From contig JBHGNT010000004.1 of assembly GCA_043228905.1 (NCBI GenBank), positions 16,616,001 to 16,680,000 on the forward strand: a stretch of DNA of 64,000 bases, in the 5' to 3' direction. Of this stretch, positions 59,764-64,000 are shown piece by piece (the stretch's first letter is position 1; every line of letters starts with the position of its first letter). The translations under genes were made by a program, and so were the position numbers. A model generated the notes under the pieces. That model did not search any database, was not told the DNA's origin, and saw only the letters and a program-made list of their open reading frames with translations. Source of the stretch: Azolla caroliniana (taxonomy: Eukaryota; Plantae; Polypodiophyta).

Positions 59764-62700
59764 CAACACAAGAAATGGAAGAATCGTTCGGCAGCATGTT
59801 CAAGCTCACCGGCTCCAACTACTCAGTGTGGAAGTCGAAGATGAGGGATATGCTGGTAGTTAAAGATCTTTGGTTGCCGGTTCAGTTTGGGGACAAGAGA
59901 CTGAATAAGATCGACGCCATAGACGCCATAGTGTGGGAGGTGATGCACATGAAGACGACTGCATACATCCGGTGTTTCATCGACATGAGCCTGTACAACA
60001 ACTTCAATGAAGAGAGCAAGTCTCATGAACTCTGGGAGAAGATCGGCATCATGTTCCAGAACAAGAATGTTGTGAATCAGGTTTCGGTATTATGGAAGCT
60101 AGTGAGGCTCCGGTACCAGGACAGCTCTAGTATGGCGGAGCACATCAATGCTTCCAGGGGCTGATACATCAAGCAACCTCGTTGGAAATACCTCTTGCCG
60201 ATGAGGTACTCACATTGCTCCTGCTCGGTTCCCTCCTGGATAGTTGGGACATGCTAGTTGTCATGTTGGGCAACGCCAGGCCAGAAGGAAAGTAGTTGTC
60301 CCTAGAAGGGGTAAAATCAAGCTTGCTAGATGAAGAAGCTCGCCAGAAGGACCGGGAGTCCGGAACCGATCCGAAGGCCTTGGTCACGGAAGATGACCAC
60401 AACCGGGGAAGAGGCTGGTATCGGAGTCCCCAAAACCGGGACAAATCGGGACGAGGTCAAAGTCAAGGGGGAGGTCCACGTGCTTCTATTGCGGGAAGTC
60501 GGGACACTTCCAGAAGAACTGTCAGCCTTTCCGGAAAGAGAAGGAAACCGACACCACCAATTTGAAGAAGAGTTTGGACCGAAACGGTTCGGACCGGAGA
60601 GGCCTGGATCGGAAAGGAACATCGGCGATCGCGACAAGTGAAGAGGAACTGATGCTTTTTACCAAGGAGAATGACTTAAACCTTGTCAGCGATGAGATAA
60701 CATGGGTTGTCGATTCCGTAGCGTCGTTCCACTTGACACAAGATCGGAGATGTTTCTCATCCTACACATCTAGTGATCATGGTTGTGTCCGGATGGGGAA
60801 TTAAGCTACATGCCAAATTATCGGCATAGGAGATGTGTTGTTGATGACATCAACCGGATGCAAGTTGGTGCTGAAGGATGTCCAACACGTTCCGGAGGTT
60901 CGACTGAACTTGATATCAGCCGGTCGGTTAGATGATGAAGGCTACACGGCTGGCATCCGGAACGGAGTCATGAAGTTCTGCAAAGGGAGCCTAATAGTGG
61001 CTCGAGCCCGGAAGGTCAACACACTATACCTAATGCATGCCTGGATATGCCAGGAAGAAGTGAACGTAGAATGCGACACTACCGGTGAGTTGTAGCACAA
61101 AAGATTGTGTCACATGAGTGAGAAGGGGATGAAGAAACTTGCCAAAGACAATCTCATTCCAGTAAACGACGTGCAACTTGAGAAGTGCACTGATTGCTTC
61201 ACCGGCAAGCAAAACCGAACCTCCTTTTGGTGTAGACCATCAATGAGACGGAATGCACCACAAGAGCTGGTGCATACCGATGTGTGTCAAGTGGACACGA
61301 AGTCACATGCTGGATCGCAGTACTTCGTGACATTCATAGATGACCACAGCCGGAAGTTGTGGGTCTTACCATTGAAGACGAATGATCAGGTGTTATCCGT
61401 CTTCAAGGAGCTTCACGCAAGAGTGGTAAGAGAAACCAGCCGGAAGCTGAAGGCGATTCAAGCGGACAATGGAGGAGAATACAGGGGGTAGTTCGAGGAG
61501 TACGGTCGGTCGAAGGGAATCCGGCTCAAATTTACCGTGCCGAAGACGCCGGAATTGAACGGGCTGGCCAAAAGGATGAACCAGGCCATAGTGGAGAGAG
61601 TCCGGAGCATGCTCACACATGCCAAGCTACCCAAGACATTTTGGGTTGAGGCGCTAATGACGGCTACCTATGTGATAAACAGATCACCCTCAACACCCTT
61701 GGAAGGAGACTCACCTCAGAAAATATGGACTGGTAAAGATGTATCTTACCGGCATCTAAAGGTGTTCGGGTGTGTCGCATACGTGCATGTGGTGAAGGAC
61801 AAGAGAGCAAAGCTAGATCTGAAGTCACGGCCATGCATATTCCTTGGATACGGCGATGATGAGTTCGGTTACTGGGTGTGGGATTTAGTCGACAAGAAGG
61901 TGTTCCGGAGTCGGGAAATAGTCTTCATGGAAGACAGGACCATTGCCGACTGGGAGTCGGAGAAGATGATGATGAAGGGCGCGAATCGTGGTGAAAGGCT
62001 TCCAACAGAAGAAAGGAGTGGACTTCGATGAGATCTTTGCCCCGGTAGTAAAGATGACATCCATCCAGACGGTATTGGGCATAGCGGCTAGCATGGACCT
62101 CGAGGTAGAGCAACTGGACGTGAAGACGGCATTCCTCCATGGTGACCTCGAAGACAAGATCTATATGCATAAACCAGAAGGATTTGAGAAGAAAGGGAAG
62201 GAGCACCTGGTGTGCCGACTAAAGAAGAGCTTATACGAACTGAAGCATGTTCCCTGGCAATGGTACTAGAATGTTCGACTCCTTTATGACCAATCAAGGA
62301 TACCACAAAATGCAGGCCGATCACTGCGTCTTTGTGGAGAAATTTGACGGAGGAGATTTCTTGATACTCCTCCTATATGTGGATGATATGTTGATTGTCG
62401 AACAAGACCAAGGCAAGATTCAAATGCTAAAGAAGGCTCTGAACAGGACCTTCTCAGTGAAAGACTTGGGTCCGGCAGGATAGATATTGGGAATGCACAT
62501 CATTCGGAACCAGTTGAAGAAGTTGTTGTGGTTGTCACAGGAGAAGTACGTGGCAAAGGTGCTTCAACGGTTCAACATGTCAGAGGCGAAACCAGTCGCG
62601 TCGACACTTCCAACAAATTGCAAGGTATCCGGAAAACAAAGTCCGAGGACAAAGGCGGAGAAGACGGATATGATGAAGATACCATATGCCTTCATCGTCG

Positions 62701-64000
62701 GAAGCTTGATGTACGCGATGGTTTGTACCCGGTCGGATATCAGATATGCAGTCGAAGTGCTAAGCCGGTTCATGAGCAATCCCGAAAGATAGCACTAGAA
62801 CGTGGTCAAGTGGATACTCCAGTATTTTAAAAGCACCACGAGTATGTGCCTCTAGTTCGGCTCCGGTAATCCCCAACTTCGCGGATTCACGGATTCGGAT
62901 ATGTCGGCTGATGCGGATACTAGCCGGTCTACATCTGGATATGTCATGACTTATGTAGGGGGAGTTGTTTCGTGGCAGTCGAGGCTGCAGAAGACGGTTG
63001 CATTGTCAACTATGGAGGTGGAGTACATGGCAGTTGGAGAAGTCGGCAAGGAGATAATTTGGATGAAGGACTTCATCGGAGAGGTAGGAATCCAATAGGA
63101 GGAATATCGGCTCGACTATGACAGTCAAAGTGCCATCCGCCTTGCAAAGAACACGGCCTACCATTCCCAGACGAAACATATCCAGTGGAGGTACCACTAG
63201 ATCCGGGAGAGATTAGAAAATCAAGAGTTTGTGCTGACGAAGATGCACATTGAGGAGAACGGGTCGGAGATGCTGACCAAGATCCTAACAACTGACAAGC
63301 TAGACGCGTGTTGAAAACGGATCGGGCTAACGAGACATCCCATGCCGGAGAGAAGGGGGAGATTGTTGGGAAATCGGTCCCTCCGGATGGGATTCGGTGA
63401 GAACCAAAAGGGATCCGGAAACCGGAGGAGACCTGGTGAGAACCATAAGAGAAGACATATCTGTAAATATGTTTTGAGTAAGGCTATGGATGTTACATTT
63501 GTAAATAGCCCTAAGTTTATATAAGTATAAATATGACTTAGGGCAATCACTTTGTGTAGTGAGAGCGTGAGAGAGTTGTTGTTGTCATATTGGTGTACAG
63601 AGAGAGCAACAAAGAGAGTGTGTGAGATACAGAGAAATACTCTGTTGTAATCGCCGGTTGGCGAAGATACAGAGCTCGAGGTCATTGCCTCCGAGGCTCT
63701 GTTTGTACCTTTCTCCTATCGTGATAGTTGGAGTCCATGGGCTCACGTGGTTTTTTCCCTATTAGGGTTTTCCACGCAAACATCCTGTGTATTTCCTTCT
63801 GTGTACTCTCCACTTCCCATTTCTGTGTTTCATTCTCAATGAAGCGTTCAAGACTCGGTTGTGGCCAAGCAATATTTCACGTCATTCTCTTCATTTTTTC
63901 CTCTCTCCAATAACTTATTGTCCTATAGTCTCATAACAATGGCAAAAGTAACTGAACAAGAATATATGCACATTCTTACTAATCTATTGAGAGATCAAGC

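Larger units (their letters stand above)
53890..63893 (+). mobile_element. Copia family A element, degenerate; LTRs 53890-54427 and 63364-63893; interrupted just after the PBS
   Basis: TSD TTTTT; PBS 54431-54442; gag-pol fragments from 59775 to about 63350 with many stops and an integrase-to-RT deletion at about 61980. Confidence 0.93.

Overview
Eukaryotic plant genomic DNA, most likely from a lineage with flagellated sperm (fern-like; inferred from an intact CCDC42/CFAP73-family gene, a Tcn1-type chromovirus and an RTEX-like LINE). A small gene island (about 8.7-21.8 kb) holds a 3-exon NFD4-like/nodulin-like MFS transporter (600 aa), a 6-exon CCDC42/CFAP73-family gene (287 aa) and a U6 snRNA pseudogene. 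The rest is a deeply nested LTR-retrotransposon stack that can largely be unpacked by hand from LTR termini, PBS/PPT and target-site duplications (TSDs): two Ty1/Copia families (A, Tnt1/Tork-like; B), several Ty3/Gypsy elements, solo LTRs and a 5'-truncated LINE. The most notable signals are: (i) a tRNA-like Pol III promoter at the edge of a chromovirus LTR, terminated by the complement of the element's own PPT; (ii) TATA boxes placed in the loop of inverted repeats in several unrelated LTR families, with a compensatory change; (iii) conserved R/U5 hairpins; (iv) a very young Copia with identical LTRs, a dead RT site and an apparently swapped Gag; (v) duplication of 5' flanking DNA into a 3' LTR. 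All alignments and counts were made by eye, without database searches.
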